DNA of 50,546 bases from Bacillota bacterium (GTDB lineage Bacteria; Bacillota; Dethiobacteria; DTU022), in contig VGTO01000003.1 of NCBI GenBank assembly GCA_016874655.1, positions 1 to 50,546 of the forward strand, written 5' to 3'. The notes below the pieces were generated by a model. The model was not told the DNA's origin, did no database searches, and saw nothing but the letters and a program-made list of their open reading frames with translations. Below, one piece after another: positions 29,393 to 38,518 of this stretch. The position numbers and the translations under genes were made by a program. How positions within the stretch are numbered: the first letter of the stretch is position 1; each line of letters opens with the position of its first letter.

Positions 29393-30409
29393 TTGAAACT
29401 TGAAGGTAACTGCCAGACTACAGCAATGGGCATTATGCCCCATACCGATGTGAAAGCGGCGCTTAAACTGGCCATGACCCTTGATATTCCCTACTGGCCA
29501 CAGCTGCCGAAAGTGAACTTTTTTGAAGATATGTATGCCCAGGTGTCGGAACACTTTCCCGGGATTATCTTAGATGTAGAGAAACGGGACGTGCGCTTTT
29601 CTATTGAAAAATTTTACAGCGAGCTGGAAGAATACCTGCCCCGCTGGGAGGATGAGGATTTTTTCCGCCTCTCCCCCGATTTCTCGGTCGTCTTCCACCG
29701 TTTTTTAGAACTCGACCTCTCACCCTACCAGTATGTCAGAGGTCAGAGTATCGGGCCGGTCAGTTACGGCCTTAAAATAACTGACGAAGAGAAGAAACCG
29801 ATGATCTACTATGACGAAGTAAGAGACATTGTTTTTGACTTCGTGGCCAAAAAGCTGCAGGCTCAGCTGAGTGAAATGCAAAAAGTTCATCCGGGATCAT
29901 TTGTCTGGGTTGACGAACCAGGCCTGGAAATGATCTTTATGGCCTTTACCGGTTACACCAGCGATAGGGCGACTGAAGATTACCGAGCATTCCTCGATAA
30001 GTTTCCCGGCCCATCCGGGGTGCATCTCTGCGGCAATCCCGACTGGTCTTTTCTCTTACAGTTAGAGCTTGATGTGCTTTCTCTGGATGTCTTAGCCCGC
30101 GGCCATATCTTCAGCCGCTACAATGATGATATAAAAACCTTTCTTGATCGGGGCGGCATTATTTCCTGGGGCATAACCCCGACCCTTACTGAAGAATTTG
30201 AGCGGGAAAATGTTAAATCGATGATTGAGAACCTGGACAACCTCTGGAACAGCCTTGATAAGGAAGGTATCCCCCGAGAGCAGATTATAAAACAGGCCTG
30301 GCTGGCCCCGGCCCGCTGCTGCCTGGTCAACCTCGACGGTGAAGAAACGGTGGCCAAATCCTTTCGCATGCTGCAGGAGGTAGCTGACCACTTTAAAAAC
30401 AAGCTTTAA
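29393..30409 (+). CDS. Single-domain (core) MetE-family methyltransferase, MesB-like
   Basis: 338 aa; PYWPQLP, VDEPGL, GVHLCGNPDW (HxC zinc ligands), WGITPT, PARCC; lacks the second barrel of full-length MetE. Confidence 0.75.
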   Translation: MKLEGNCQTTAMGIMPHTDVKAALKLAMTLDIPYWPQLPKVNFFEDMYAQVSEHFPGIILDVEKRDVRFSIEKFYSELEEYLPRWEDEDFFRLSPDFSVVFHRFLELDLSPYQYVRGQSIGPVSYGLKITDEEKKPMIYYDEVRDIVFDFVAKKLQAQLSEMQKVHPGSFVWVDEPGLEMIFMAFTGYTSDRATEDYRAFLDKFPGPSGVHLCGNPDWSFLLQLELDVLSLDVLARGHIFSRYNDDIKTFLDRGGIISWGITPTLTEEFERENVKSMIENLDNLWNSLDKEGIPREQIIKQAWLAPARCCLVNLDGEETVAKSFRMLQEVADHFKNKL

Positions 30410-30545
30410 TAATCGCTATCAATTCGACGCAGACAATTCCTTTATCGCAAAAAAAGCAAAGTCATTCAAACTTTGCCATTGGAGTCTTTTCTTTTTTCAT
30501 CTTTTACAAGCTGGTTTATGACATATATAGTACTAAGAATCCATA

Positions 30546-30580
30546 AAAGGGCTCTCGGAAGGTACTTCCGAAAACCCTTT
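30546..30580. terminator. Terminator hairpin downstream of tRNA-Val
   Basis: AAAGGG-ctc-TCGGAAG-gta-CTTCCGA-aaa-CCCTTT. Confidence 0.65.
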
Positions 30581-30585
30581 ACTGG

Positions 30586-30660
30586 TGGTGGGCGAAGTAG
30601 GATTTGAACCTACGACCCCCTGCTTGTAAGGCAGGTGCTCCCCCGCTGAGCTATTCGCCC
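30586..30660 (-). tRNA. tRNA-Val (TAC)
   Basis: Minus strand GGGCGAATAGCTCAGCGGGGGAGCACCTGCCTTACAAGCAGGGGGTCGTAGGTTCAAATCCTACTTCGCCCACCA: cloverleaf, TAC anticodon, GTTCAAATC T-loop, encoded CCA. Confidence 0.97.
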
Positions 30661-30682
30661 CTGATGTTATTACTGCCTCATC

Positions 30683-30711
30683 ATTATAATGGCTTTTTAA
30701 ATAGATGTAAA
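30683..30711 (-). promoter_or_regulatory. SigmaA promoter of tRNA-Val
   Basis: Minus strand TTTACA-N17-TATAAT ending 22 bp before the tRNA 5' end. Confidence 0.7.
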
Positions 30712-31626
30712 GAGCGCGGAGGAGCTCGGCAAGAAAACTGCCTGCATTGCTAATGCCCGTTTTGTCTGCGATAAATGGCTAAGGCCATAGACCGAATGGC
30801 TACAACTAATTACCTTGCTTTCATCCAGTTCAAAAGTAACATAGCTTAGTTTGTGATCCGGCTGCCCCGCCTGGATGCAGATAGTATCGCCGATTCGATC
30901 AGCCCAGATCCCACCATTATATTTTGGAGCTTCGTGAATGTGCCCATGGATGGTCAGCAGTGGCTGTCTTTCAGAAATAAAGTTTAAAACCAGCGGGCTG
31001 CCCACTTTAGCCCCGGTAGCACAGTGATCAAAACCTAAATAGGCGGGGGGTTCATGGATCAGCCAAATCGACCGTTTCATATTTTTTACTTTAGCAGCCA
31101 TCTTCTCCAGCGATTCCATAATCGACATTTTACCCTGCAGGTAGCTTTCTAAGTCGGGTATTGCTTTAAGCTTATTCATTTTATCAATTAACAGGGGCGG
31201 CCCCAGCTGCCAATCATTAATAGAGAGTTCCTCTTTACTGTCCGGGGCTACCCAGTATTTATAAGCGAAAGGATAATCCCTGATCCAGGGGCAGCCGCAA
31301 AATTCGTATCCTCTAACTTTACGGACCCGATCGGCGACATAATACCATAACCCCTCTTTTTCTCCACGTTTAAACTCCGGAATCAACAACTGGTTATCAT
31401 CGTTCCCAAGGATCAAAACTAACTCCGCTCCGGTACCCCTTATTTTCCAGGCGCAGTCTTTTACGTGAGGGAGGTAGTCTAACTGGGCCAGGGTGCCATT
31501 GCTTTTTAGCATTAAATCTCCAGCAATCGCTACAATATCCGGCTGTTGCTGACGAACTACATCGACAAGTTGTTCCCATTTCTCTTCGGAGTGATGGACA
31601 TCAGCCAGAGCTATAAGTTTCACCAT
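30697..31626 (-). CDS. Metallophosphoesterase (Icc-related)
   Basis: ADVHH, IAGDL, LGNDD, IHEPP, HGHIHE; start set to ATG 31626. Confidence 0.85.
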   Translation of the reverse strand: MVKLIALADVHHSEEKWEQLVDVVRQQQPDIVAIAGDLMLKSNGTLAQLDYLPHVKDCAWKIRGTGAELVLILGNDDNQLLIPEFKRGEKEGLWYYVADRVRKVRGYEFCGCPWIRDYPFAYKYWVAPDSKEELSINDWQLGPPLLIDKMNKLKAIPDLESYLQGKMSIMESLEKMAAKVKNMKRSIWLIHEPPAYLGFDHCATGAKVGSPLVLNFISERQPLLTIHGHIHEAPKYNGGIWADRIGDTICIQAGQPDHKLSYVTFELDESKVISCSHSVYGLSHLSQTKRALAMQAVFLPSSSALFTSI

Positions 31627-31684
31627 TAAATATACTCGCCTTTCTCTTCTTATAGATGACCGATTGATCGTTTTGTTATAAGCG

Positions 31685-32575
31685 TTAATCGAGCAGGTTC
31701 GTTTCAATGATCTGATTTACTGTAAAATCATGGGCCTGCAGGTAAAAGTGGACCAACTCTTCCAGGGCATTTAAGGGCACTGGCCCGACAAATTCCGCTG
31801 CTGCCACGGTTACCCCGTACCTTGCCGCCTCCGAGCGAATTGTTTCCATCACCCGATGAATCGGGGTTTTCGTATAATCGGTGAGGTTCATCGAAACCTG
31901 AACCTGACCCAGCTCAGTCAGGTTGACCCCAATGGCCCGTACGTAACGGTAGCCACCGCTTAAATTGCGCACATTCCTGGCAATTTTATCGGCTATCTCC
32001 ACATTGGTGGTATTCAGGTTTACATTGAAAGCGATCAGGGGGAACCTTACTCCCACCGCCGTTGCTCCTGCTTTCGGGTTAAAGAGCGCCGGGCCGCGGT
32101 CAGGCTTCCAGGCTTCACTTTTAAGTTTTTCTTCAAGCGCTTCGTACTGACCTTTACGGACCGCGGCTAAATTGTTACGTTCCGCTGTAGAAGCGGCATC
32201 CTCGTAAAAATAGACAGGCACCCCTTTCCCGCCCAAATAATCACCGAACTCGTAAGCAACCTTTAGAGCTTCTTCACCGGTGACATTTCTAATTGGAATA
32301 AATGGCACCACATCCACTGCTCCCATCCGGGGGTGATCGCCATGATGAACGCGCATATCGATTCCTTCCAGGGCCAGATCAGTTAACTTCTTCGTAGCCT
32401 CCAGCACCTGCGCCGGTTCGCCCAGATAGCTGATAACTGAACGATTATGATCCCGGTCTGAAGAAGCTTCCAATAACTTAACCTTCTGCGTTGTTTTTAC
32501 AGCCGCGGCAATGTTATCAATGAGGGCCAGATTTTTGCCCTCGCTGATATTCGGCACACACATTAATACTTTCAC
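31685..32575 (-). CDS. ftcD: Glutamate formiminotransferase (FTCD transferase domain only)
   Basis: CVPNISEG, DRDHNRSV, HPRMGAVDVVPFIP, LIAFNVNL, QVSMNLTDY; GTG start at 32575 with AGGAG RBS. Confidence 0.93.
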   Translation of the reverse strand: MKVLMCVPNISEGKNLALIDNIAAAVKTTQKVKLLEASSDRDHNRSVISYLGEPAQVLEATKKLTDLALEGIDMRVHHGDHPRMGAVDVVPFIPIRNVTGEEALKVAYEFGDYLGGKGVPVYFYEDAASTAERNNLAAVRKGQYEALEEKLKSEAWKPDRGPALFNPKAGATAVGVRFPLIAFNVNLNTTNVEIADKIARNVRNLSGGYRYVRAIGVNLTELGQVQVSMNLTDYTKTPIHRVMETIRSEAARYGVTVAAAEFVGPVPLNALEELVHFYLQAHDFTVNQIIETNLLD

Positions 32576-32802
32576 CCGCCAGCCACTCCTTCTTGCGTAT
32601 ATTGTTTTTCGACAATAATAACATTCTCCTTTTAATAAATACGAAACGAAACCGCTTATTTCCTGCATCTTTTCTTGACATCATGATATCTTTTCGCCTT
32701 CCACCCCGCCCAACCTGCTAACTTTATTGCCTGCGTTAGCTATCGGTGTTATGATCTTCTCCAAGAGGCATCCTTACTGGTTACAGCTCAAGGAGAGATT
32801 AC

Positions 32803-34134
32803 ATGAACGAAAAAACTTTACTATATAGGCCCGAGGAATTACCCCCAGCAGGAAAAACAGCAATCTACAGTTTGCAATGGGTGATCTTTTCACTAACTGT
32901 CTGTGCCGTTATCCCCGGCGTGGTCGGCACCGGTCTCGGGTTAGATCAGACTGAAATTAGCAATTTTATCCAGCGCACCTTTTTCTTTTGCGGACTCTTT
33001 TCAATCCTCCAGCTATACTTTGGTCACCGTCTGCCAATCTTTGAAGGAATCGGAGCCATGTGGTATAACGTGCTAATAATCATCGGTTCTGTAGCCCCCC
33101 AAATTGGAAAACCGCTGGCCGAGGTCCGTGGTAGCATCATATTCGCCATGCTGTTAGTGGGTTTAATTTATATCCTCCTCGGTGCATTTAAGCTGCTTAA
33201 GTATATTTTATTTATCTTCACACCGGCAGTTAAGGGAACTTTCTTTCTGCTCATGAGCCTGCAAATCAGCGGCTCAATTATGCGGGGCATGCTCGGCACC
33301 TGGCCACATGGCGGAACCATCAACCCAGCCGGGGTGCTACTATTTATTGGTATCGCTGGTCTGATTATCTGGATCTCGCTTAAACAAAAGGGATTTCTGC
33401 AAAGTATCGGGATTTTTATCGGCGCGATGTTCGGGTGGCTAATTGCTATTGTTGCCGGTATATCCGACCCACCTGTCTTAAGTAAGACGTTGATTTCATT
33501 GCCAGAGCTACTACCCTGGGGAACGCCGCAATTTGATCCCGGCCTCTTGATCATATTGCTGGTTGTTGGTTTTTTTACTCTTTCCAACCTGGTCACCAGT
33601 GTATCAAGCTTTTCTGAATTAGTAGGCCAGAAAGCCTCCGAAAATGATTTTAATCAGGCGACGATCATCACCGGTATCGGCAACGTTTTCGCCGGATTTT
33701 TTGCCCTGATCGGTTTCGTGCCCTTCGCCTCATCAATTGGCTTTGCCCGCGTTACCGGGGTTGCAGCCCGCCGTCCATTTCTTATTGGAGCAGTTATCCT
33801 AATGCTGCTTGGTCTATTCCCGGCCGTTGGGTTGCTATTTGTTGCCATACCACCCCAGGTTGGTTTTGTAGTTATTTTGATCATGTTTTGCCAGCTTCTG
33901 TCAGTGGCGTTCGATGAATACCGCAAGGTTATCTTTGATAATCGCAACGGTTTCATCGTCGGCATCTCACTATTACTGGGTGTTGGCATCATGTTTATTC
34001 CTCCCGAAGCAATGGCTTTGATGCCGCTCTTAATTAAGAGTTTCGTCGGCAATGGCTTAACCGTAGGGTTGATTATCTGTGTGCTGCTAGAACAGGTTTT
34101 ACTGCCTGAACGTAAAAAAGAACCCGGCCGCTGA
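32803..34134 (+). CDS. NCS2/NAT nucleobase permease (YwdJ-like)
   Basis: SLQW, GHRLPIFEG, FASSIGFARVTGVAARRPF, GNGLTVG; many TM segments. Confidence 0.88.
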   Translation: MNEKTLLYRPEELPPAGKTAIYSLQWVIFSLTVCAVIPGVVGTGLGLDQTEISNFIQRTFFFCGLFSILQLYFGHRLPIFEGIGAMWYNVLIIIGSVAPQIGKPLAEVRGSIIFAMLLVGLIYILLGAFKLLKYILFIFTPAVKGTFFLLMSLQISGSIMRGMLGTWPHGGTINPAGVLLFIGIAGLIIWISLKQKGFLQSIGIFIGAMFGWLIAIVAGISDPPVLSKTLISLPELLPWGTPQFDPGLLIILLVVGFFTLSNLVTSVSSFSELVGQKASENDFNQATIITGIGNVFAGFFALIGFVPFASSIGFARVTGVAARRPFLIGAVILMLLGLFPAVGLLFVAIPPQVGFVVILIMFCQLLSVAFDEYRKVIFDNRNGFIVGISLLLGVGIMFIPPEAMALMPLLIKSFVGNGLTVGLIICVLLEQVLLPERKKEPGR

Positions 34135-34141
34135 CCGGGTT
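34114..34141. terminator. Bidirectional terminator
   Basis: AAAAAAG-AACCCGG-ccgctga-CCGGGTT-actgtttt between convergent genes. Confidence 0.7.
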
Positions 34142-34248
34142 ACTGTTTTACTAATTCCCCACTAGGCAGGTGAGACCACCTGGTGGAACTGACTATATAA
34201 TCAAAGAAGTTCGCACATACCACGAATACCAGCAACGCGGATCAAACT

Positions 34249-35052
34249 TTATGCAGCCTGACCCTTGCGCCTGGTTACTAAAAGATACAAAACGCCAGCC
34301 AGTAAAGCAGCAAGGCTGATGATCGTGATCATAGTTACCGGTGGGTATTGGCCGGCAAAACCGGCAGCCGAGGTATGTTTGATCACAATGCCTAAGTAGG
34401 CCCAGATGATTACCAGTCCATAGGCTATACTTTTAAACCTAAACATGGTGAGCAAGCCGATAATTGCGCCAACCGGCACAATGACCAACATCCAGGTGAC
34501 ATCTGATATGCCGAACTGATTCCAACCGGAAAAGACAAGCAGCGCCGTAACGTTAGCAATCATTGCCACAGTGATCCAGCCGAAGTAAACATTAAATGGC
34601 AGCCTGATAAAAAACCGCTCCTGCGGATTAAGTTCTTCGGCGGTTATAATCAGGTTAATTTTTGCCAGAAGCGCCAGGATGACCAACATCAGTAATAGTG
34701 AAAGAGCGATATTTAAATAGTGCCAGGCTAAGATCCAGGAGGCATTAGCCAGTGATGAGAGGGCAAAAAGAAGGCCGATTCTGGTCAATAATGCTGATCT
34801 GCCGGCACCTCTATTTTTCTGGAAAAGCCCAAGCTGATAAAGTGTGTAAGCTGCCAACAGCAAATAGATCAGGCCCCAGATTGAAAAGGTAAGGCCGGCG
34901 GGGGCGAAAAGGTTGGGAAATGAATCGGAAACCTGCCCCGTATCCATTCCGTTAATCGGTAAAATGCTGGCCAGGGCATTTACCGCAACCATGACCAGGT
35001 AGGTAATAACTACTGCTACTTTTACTATAAGAGAATTGCTTTTTTCTGCCAT
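34249..35052 (-). CDS. TspO/MBR-related tryptophan-rich membrane protein
   Basis: VNALASILPING, FAPAGLTFSIWGLIY, NASWILAWHY, YFGWITVA. Confidence 0.8.
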   Translation of the reverse strand: MAEKSNSLIVKVAVVITYLVMVAVNALASILPINGMDTGQVSDSFPNLFAPAGLTFSIWGLIYLLLAAYTLYQLGLFQKNRGAGRSALLTRIGLLFALSSLANASWILAWHYLNIALSLLLMLVILALLAKINLIITAEELNPQERFFIRLPFNVYFGWITVAMIANVTALLVFSGWNQFGISDVTWMLVIVPVGAIIGLLTMFRFKSIAYGLVIIWAYLGIVIKHTSAAGFAGQYPPVTMITIISLAALLAGVLYLLVTRRKGQAA

Positions 35053-35125
35053 GTGAAACAGCTCCTTTGTTTAATTTAGCTTTACAAACATAATCATTAC
35101 TAAAACATTATATTATAATATTTAG

Positions 35126-36220
35126 CTATTCGCAAGATCCGTTGCAATCAAAGAAGTTTTCCATCAGTTCCCAGATTTCGGGAGTTTCCAGGCCACGACG
35201 CCACCCGGCCAGGCCGGCCAGATTATACTTTTTTACCAGCTCGAGACGCCGGCGCATCGAAACACTATCCTCAAGCCACATTTTATAAATCAGCCCTTCC
35301 TTTTCATAGACGGCCAGATGCTGGCCGGCCTGATCATCAAAGGTTATTAAAGCCTCATTTTCAGCTACTATCTCGGCAACCCGCATCATCGAATACGACC
35401 ATGAATTGACCACCTTCGGAATGGCAACAGTTTCGTCGATGACCCAGAGACGGGTGTAAAAAGGGATGCCCAAAATCAGTTTTTCGGGAGGAACCTCATT
35501 TAATAATTGCTGCAGCCCGGCTTCGACCCAGGGCAGTGAGGCAACTGAGCCGGCAACGGGCGAAGAAGCCCAATGCTCATCGTAAGCCATCAGGATGATA
35601 TAATCGGCCACCGCAGCAAGCGCAGTCCGATCGTAGCCCCTGCTCCAGTACTCCGAGTTTGATGGCATGGTAACATCGACAGAAAGAACCAGGTTTTCTG
35701 CATAGCACAGCTGAGCCAGCTCGGTGATGAAGCTGGTAAAGTGATCACGGAAATCGTAGTGAAAGTTTTCAAAATCGATATTTAGCCCATCAAGTTTATT
35801 TTCAACCGCCAGGTCAACTAAATTTTGCGCAAATTGGTTGCGGTGCCGTTTGTTTACCAACAGATCCGCTGTCAGATCCGGGTCGAATGAATTGGTAACC
35901 AGGGCCCAAACCTGGTAGCCTCGCTCCCCGGCCCACTGCCGATAAAGCGGATCAAAATCACTGCGAACATTGCCCAGGCCGTCACTTAAGTGAAACCAGG
36001 TCGGAGCAACTACCTGCACCGGGCCAAGGTCCCCAATTAGATCGTAGTCGATTTCAGAGCCAACTAGCTCCCAGACAATAACCAGGGGATCGCCACCAGG
36101 GTTGCTGTTATTCTCTATCCCGGTATCAAATAGTTTGCCAACAGTAAAAACTAAAATCAGCAATCCAACCACAGCAAGAATAATCACCAGGGAAGCTCTT
36201 ACCTGCCTGCGGCTGTTCAA
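35126..36220 (-). CDS. GH18 glycosyl hydrolase, membrane-anchored (spore-cortex YdhD/SleL-like)
   Basis: LDGLNIDFE catalytic motif, LMAYDEHW, LGIPFYTRLW, AGWRRG; TTG start at 36220 with GGAGG RBS. Confidence 0.9.
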   Translation of the reverse strand: MNSRRQVRASLVIILAVVGLLILVFTVGKLFDTGIENNSNPGGDPLVIVWELVGSEIDYDLIGDLGPVQVVAPTWFHLSDGLGNVRSDFDPLYRQWAGERGYQVWALVTNSFDPDLTADLLVNKRHRNQFAQNLVDLAVENKLDGLNIDFENFHYDFRDHFTSFITELAQLCYAENLVLSVDVTMPSNSEYWSRGYDRTALAAVADYIILMAYDEHWASSPVAGSVASLPWVEAGLQQLLNEVPPEKLILGIPFYTRLWVIDETVAIPKVVNSWSYSMMRVAEIVAENEALITFDDQAGQHLAVYEKEGLIYKMWLEDSVSMRRRLELVKKYNLAGLAGWRRGLETPEIWELMENFFDCNGSCE

Positions 36221-36382
36221 TCTAAATTCCTCCCTGCTTCGGCAGCAACGAAACCAGCTCAAATAATTCTATTTTCGGCGGCTACTAACACATAAGTATA
36301 GTTTGTAAAAATATAACACAAAAGCAAATGCGCCGTGCTATAATCAAAAAAATGACCACTCCAAAGAGGTGCATAACCGGTT

Positions 36383-37561
36383 GTGAATAACAATAAGCTA
36401 AATTACGAAGTAGTTGTTGTCGGTTCGGGGCCGGCCGGAGCATTCACGGCAGCTCTATTAGCCGGAAAAAATCATGATGTGCTATTACTGGACAAAGATG
36501 ATTTCCCCCGTGATAAAATCTGTGGTGACGCCCTGCCAGCCAAAGCGCTGGAGTTGCTTTACACTGCCGGGATGGGGGAAGCAATTGATGCGGCTTTCAA
36601 GAACGGGAATATTTATCCCTTAAAATCCATGCGGCTGGTATCGCCCAAAGGCCACCAGAGAAGCTATCCGTTAATTAAAAGCGCCGGCGGTTACAGTGCC
36701 GCAGTAGCGCCTCGCATCTTTTTTGATGCCCTGATCCGGGAAGAAGCGATTCGGGCAGGTGCAAAAGTTCACCGGGCGGCTGTAGAAAAGCCGATCATTG
36801 AAAACAACATGGTAGCCGGAGTTAAAGTGAGCAACGGGCAAGAGAGCTTAGAAATACGGGCAAAAGTTGTTATCGGTGCAGACGGTGTTGCCTCCAACCT
36901 GGCCCGTGCCCTGCGAGGGAGAGAACGCCATACCAGATGTCACCGAGCTATCGCTATACGGGCTTATGCTGATAATATCGAGCTTTATCCGCAGGAGGTG
37001 GAATTTTATATCTATGACCATATCCTGCCCGGCTACGCCTGGATTTTTCCGCTTTCTGACAACCGGGCCAATATTGGCTTAGGGATGCGCTTAGACCATT
37101 TTCGCAGCGAGCCGCGTAATTTAAAAAAGATGCTCGACCTCTTTTTGAACCTGCCGCTGATCAAGCCCCGGCTAAAACCTGGCTTTAAGCTTGAAAATAT
37201 TGCCAGCTGGCCGTTAAACTTCGGCTCACAGAAAGGCCTGCAGTATGCGTTTCCCGGAGCACTGCTGGTGGGTGACGCCGGCGGTTTTATCAGCCCGCTA
37301 ACCGGTGGCGGGATTAACCGCAGTTTACTCTCGGGGCAACTGGCAGCAGAAGTGGTTCACCAAGCTTTGGTTAAAGGTGACCTGTCGCTAAATACTCTGG
37401 CGCAGTACGAAATGTTTTGCCGGAAAAAGCTTTTAAAAAGCTTAAGGAAAAAACACACCTTAGCCAATACCCTATTTCTCTTTCCCGGTCTGGTTGATCT
37501 TTTTGTGCACCATTTAAATGATCATAATCCCCTGGCCAAAGCTTTCACCAGTAAGCTTTAA
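36383..37561 (+). CDS. Geranylgeranyl reductase family flavoprotein
   Basis: VVGSGPAG, FPRDKICGD, IGADG, PGYAWIFP, ANIGLG, LLVGDAGGFISPLTGGGI. Confidence 0.9.
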   Translation: MNNNKLNYEVVVVGSGPAGAFTAALLAGKNHDVLLLDKDDFPRDKICGDALPAKALELLYTAGMGEAIDAAFKNGNIYPLKSMRLVSPKGHQRSYPLIKSAGGYSAAVAPRIFFDALIREEAIRAGAKVHRAAVEKPIIENNMVAGVKVSNGQESLEIRAKVVIGADGVASNLARALRGRERHTRCHRAIAIRAYADNIELYPQEVEFYIYDHILPGYAWIFPLSDNRANIGLGMRLDHFRSEPRNLKKMLDLFLNLPLIKPRLKPGFKLENIASWPLNFGSQKGLQYAFPGALLVGDAGGFISPLTGGGINRSLLSGQLAAEVVHQALVKGDLSLNTLAQYEMFCRKKLLKSLRKKHTLANTLFLFPGLVDLFVHHLNDHNPLAKAFTSKL

Positions 37562-37656
37562 CTTAAGGTAAAGGATAGGCCGAGCGGATTTGCCGGAGAG
37601 ACGCTTGCAGGGCAAACTGCAGGGCAAACAGGCGTAAGAATCTGCAGTTCCTTGCC

Positions 37657-37685
37657 TTGACAGGCCTCTTTTTCTTATCTATACT
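37657..37685 (+). promoter_or_regulatory. SigmaA promoter of the isoprenoid-alcohol kinase gene
   Basis: TTGACA-N17-TATACT 50 bp upstream of the ATG. Confidence 0.7.
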
Positions 37686-37735
37686 TTAGCTGTTTGGTAC
37701 TCTGGCCCGCAAAAAGAAAGAGTGATGCCTAGCTA

Positions 37736-38518
37736 ATGCAGAAATTGCTGATGATCATAGCCAACTATACAACATCAGACCTTTTATATGACCTAGCCCT
37801 GGTTGGTATTGCTTACGGTTATGTTTTACTGGCTATTGCTATCCCCGTATTCCTGAAAAAGAACAATATAATTTCAAAATTTCACGCCCGTAAGATTGTG
37901 CATCTCTTCGCCGGACTAATTGTTTTGGTTGTCCCTTTTTTTATCATGCCCCTTTTTGCCGTATTTATCGCCTTAAGTTTGGCCATAGTAGTCTTTTTCA
38001 GCTCCCGTGACAGTTCGGTCAAACAGCTGCAGGAGCTCTATGAATCGATCGGCGAAGAGGCTGAGGAACGAAGCGGGCGTCTTGAAGGCCCCTTCTTTTA
38101 CAGCGTTTCAATTACTCTCTTAATCGCCATCTTTGTTTTTTTTGCTCCCGACCGCCTTTATTTTCCGATCTGCGGTATTCTGATTATGATCATCAGTGAC
38201 ACCTTTGCTTCAGTAATCGGTAAAAAATATGGCACGGTTAAAATTAAGATTGCTTATACCGGCACAGAACGTACCGTAGAGGGTTCGCTGACCTTTTTTA
38301 TTTCAGCCTTCGTGCTCTGTTTTGCCGCATTCTCTTTTTTTGGCCTGCTTAACCCGATCAACCAGCACGAACTAACCTTAAGGACTGTCATCGTTTACTC
38401 TTTTATCACCGCTGGGATCGGCACAGTAATCGAACTGTTGTCGCCTTCAACAATCGACGACCTAACAGTACCGATCGGCACCACGATGGTCATCTACCTG
38501 CTCTCTCTACTCGGCTAA
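37736..38518 (+). CDS. CTP-dependent isoprenoid-alcohol kinase (phytol/dolichol kinase, VTE5/SEC59/DGK1 family)
   Basis: RKIVHL, SDTFASVIGKKYG, RTVEGSLTFF, IELLS..IDDLTVP; multi-TM. Confidence 0.85.
   Translation: MQKLLMIIANYTTSDLLYDLALVGIAYGYVLLAIAIPVFLKKNNIISKFHARKIVHLFAGLIVLVVPFFIMPLFAVFIALSLAIVVFFSSRDSSVKQLQELYESIGEEAEERSGRLEGPFFYSVSITLLIAIFVFFAPDRLYFPICGILIMIISDTFASVIGKKYGTVKIKIAYTGTERTVEGSLTFFISAFVLCFAAFSFFGLLNPINQHELTLRTVIVYSFITAGIGTVIELLSPSTIDDLTVPIGTTMVIYLLSLLG

Noticed and set aside
30583-30588. Genomic CCACCA at the tRNA-Val 3' end; tRNA as integration site
   Set aside because: Second CCA is most simply trailer sequence; no integrase or duplicated tRNA 3' end seen in the window.
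34142-34248. 6S RNA
   Set aside because: Too short and lacks the long closing stem with central bubble.
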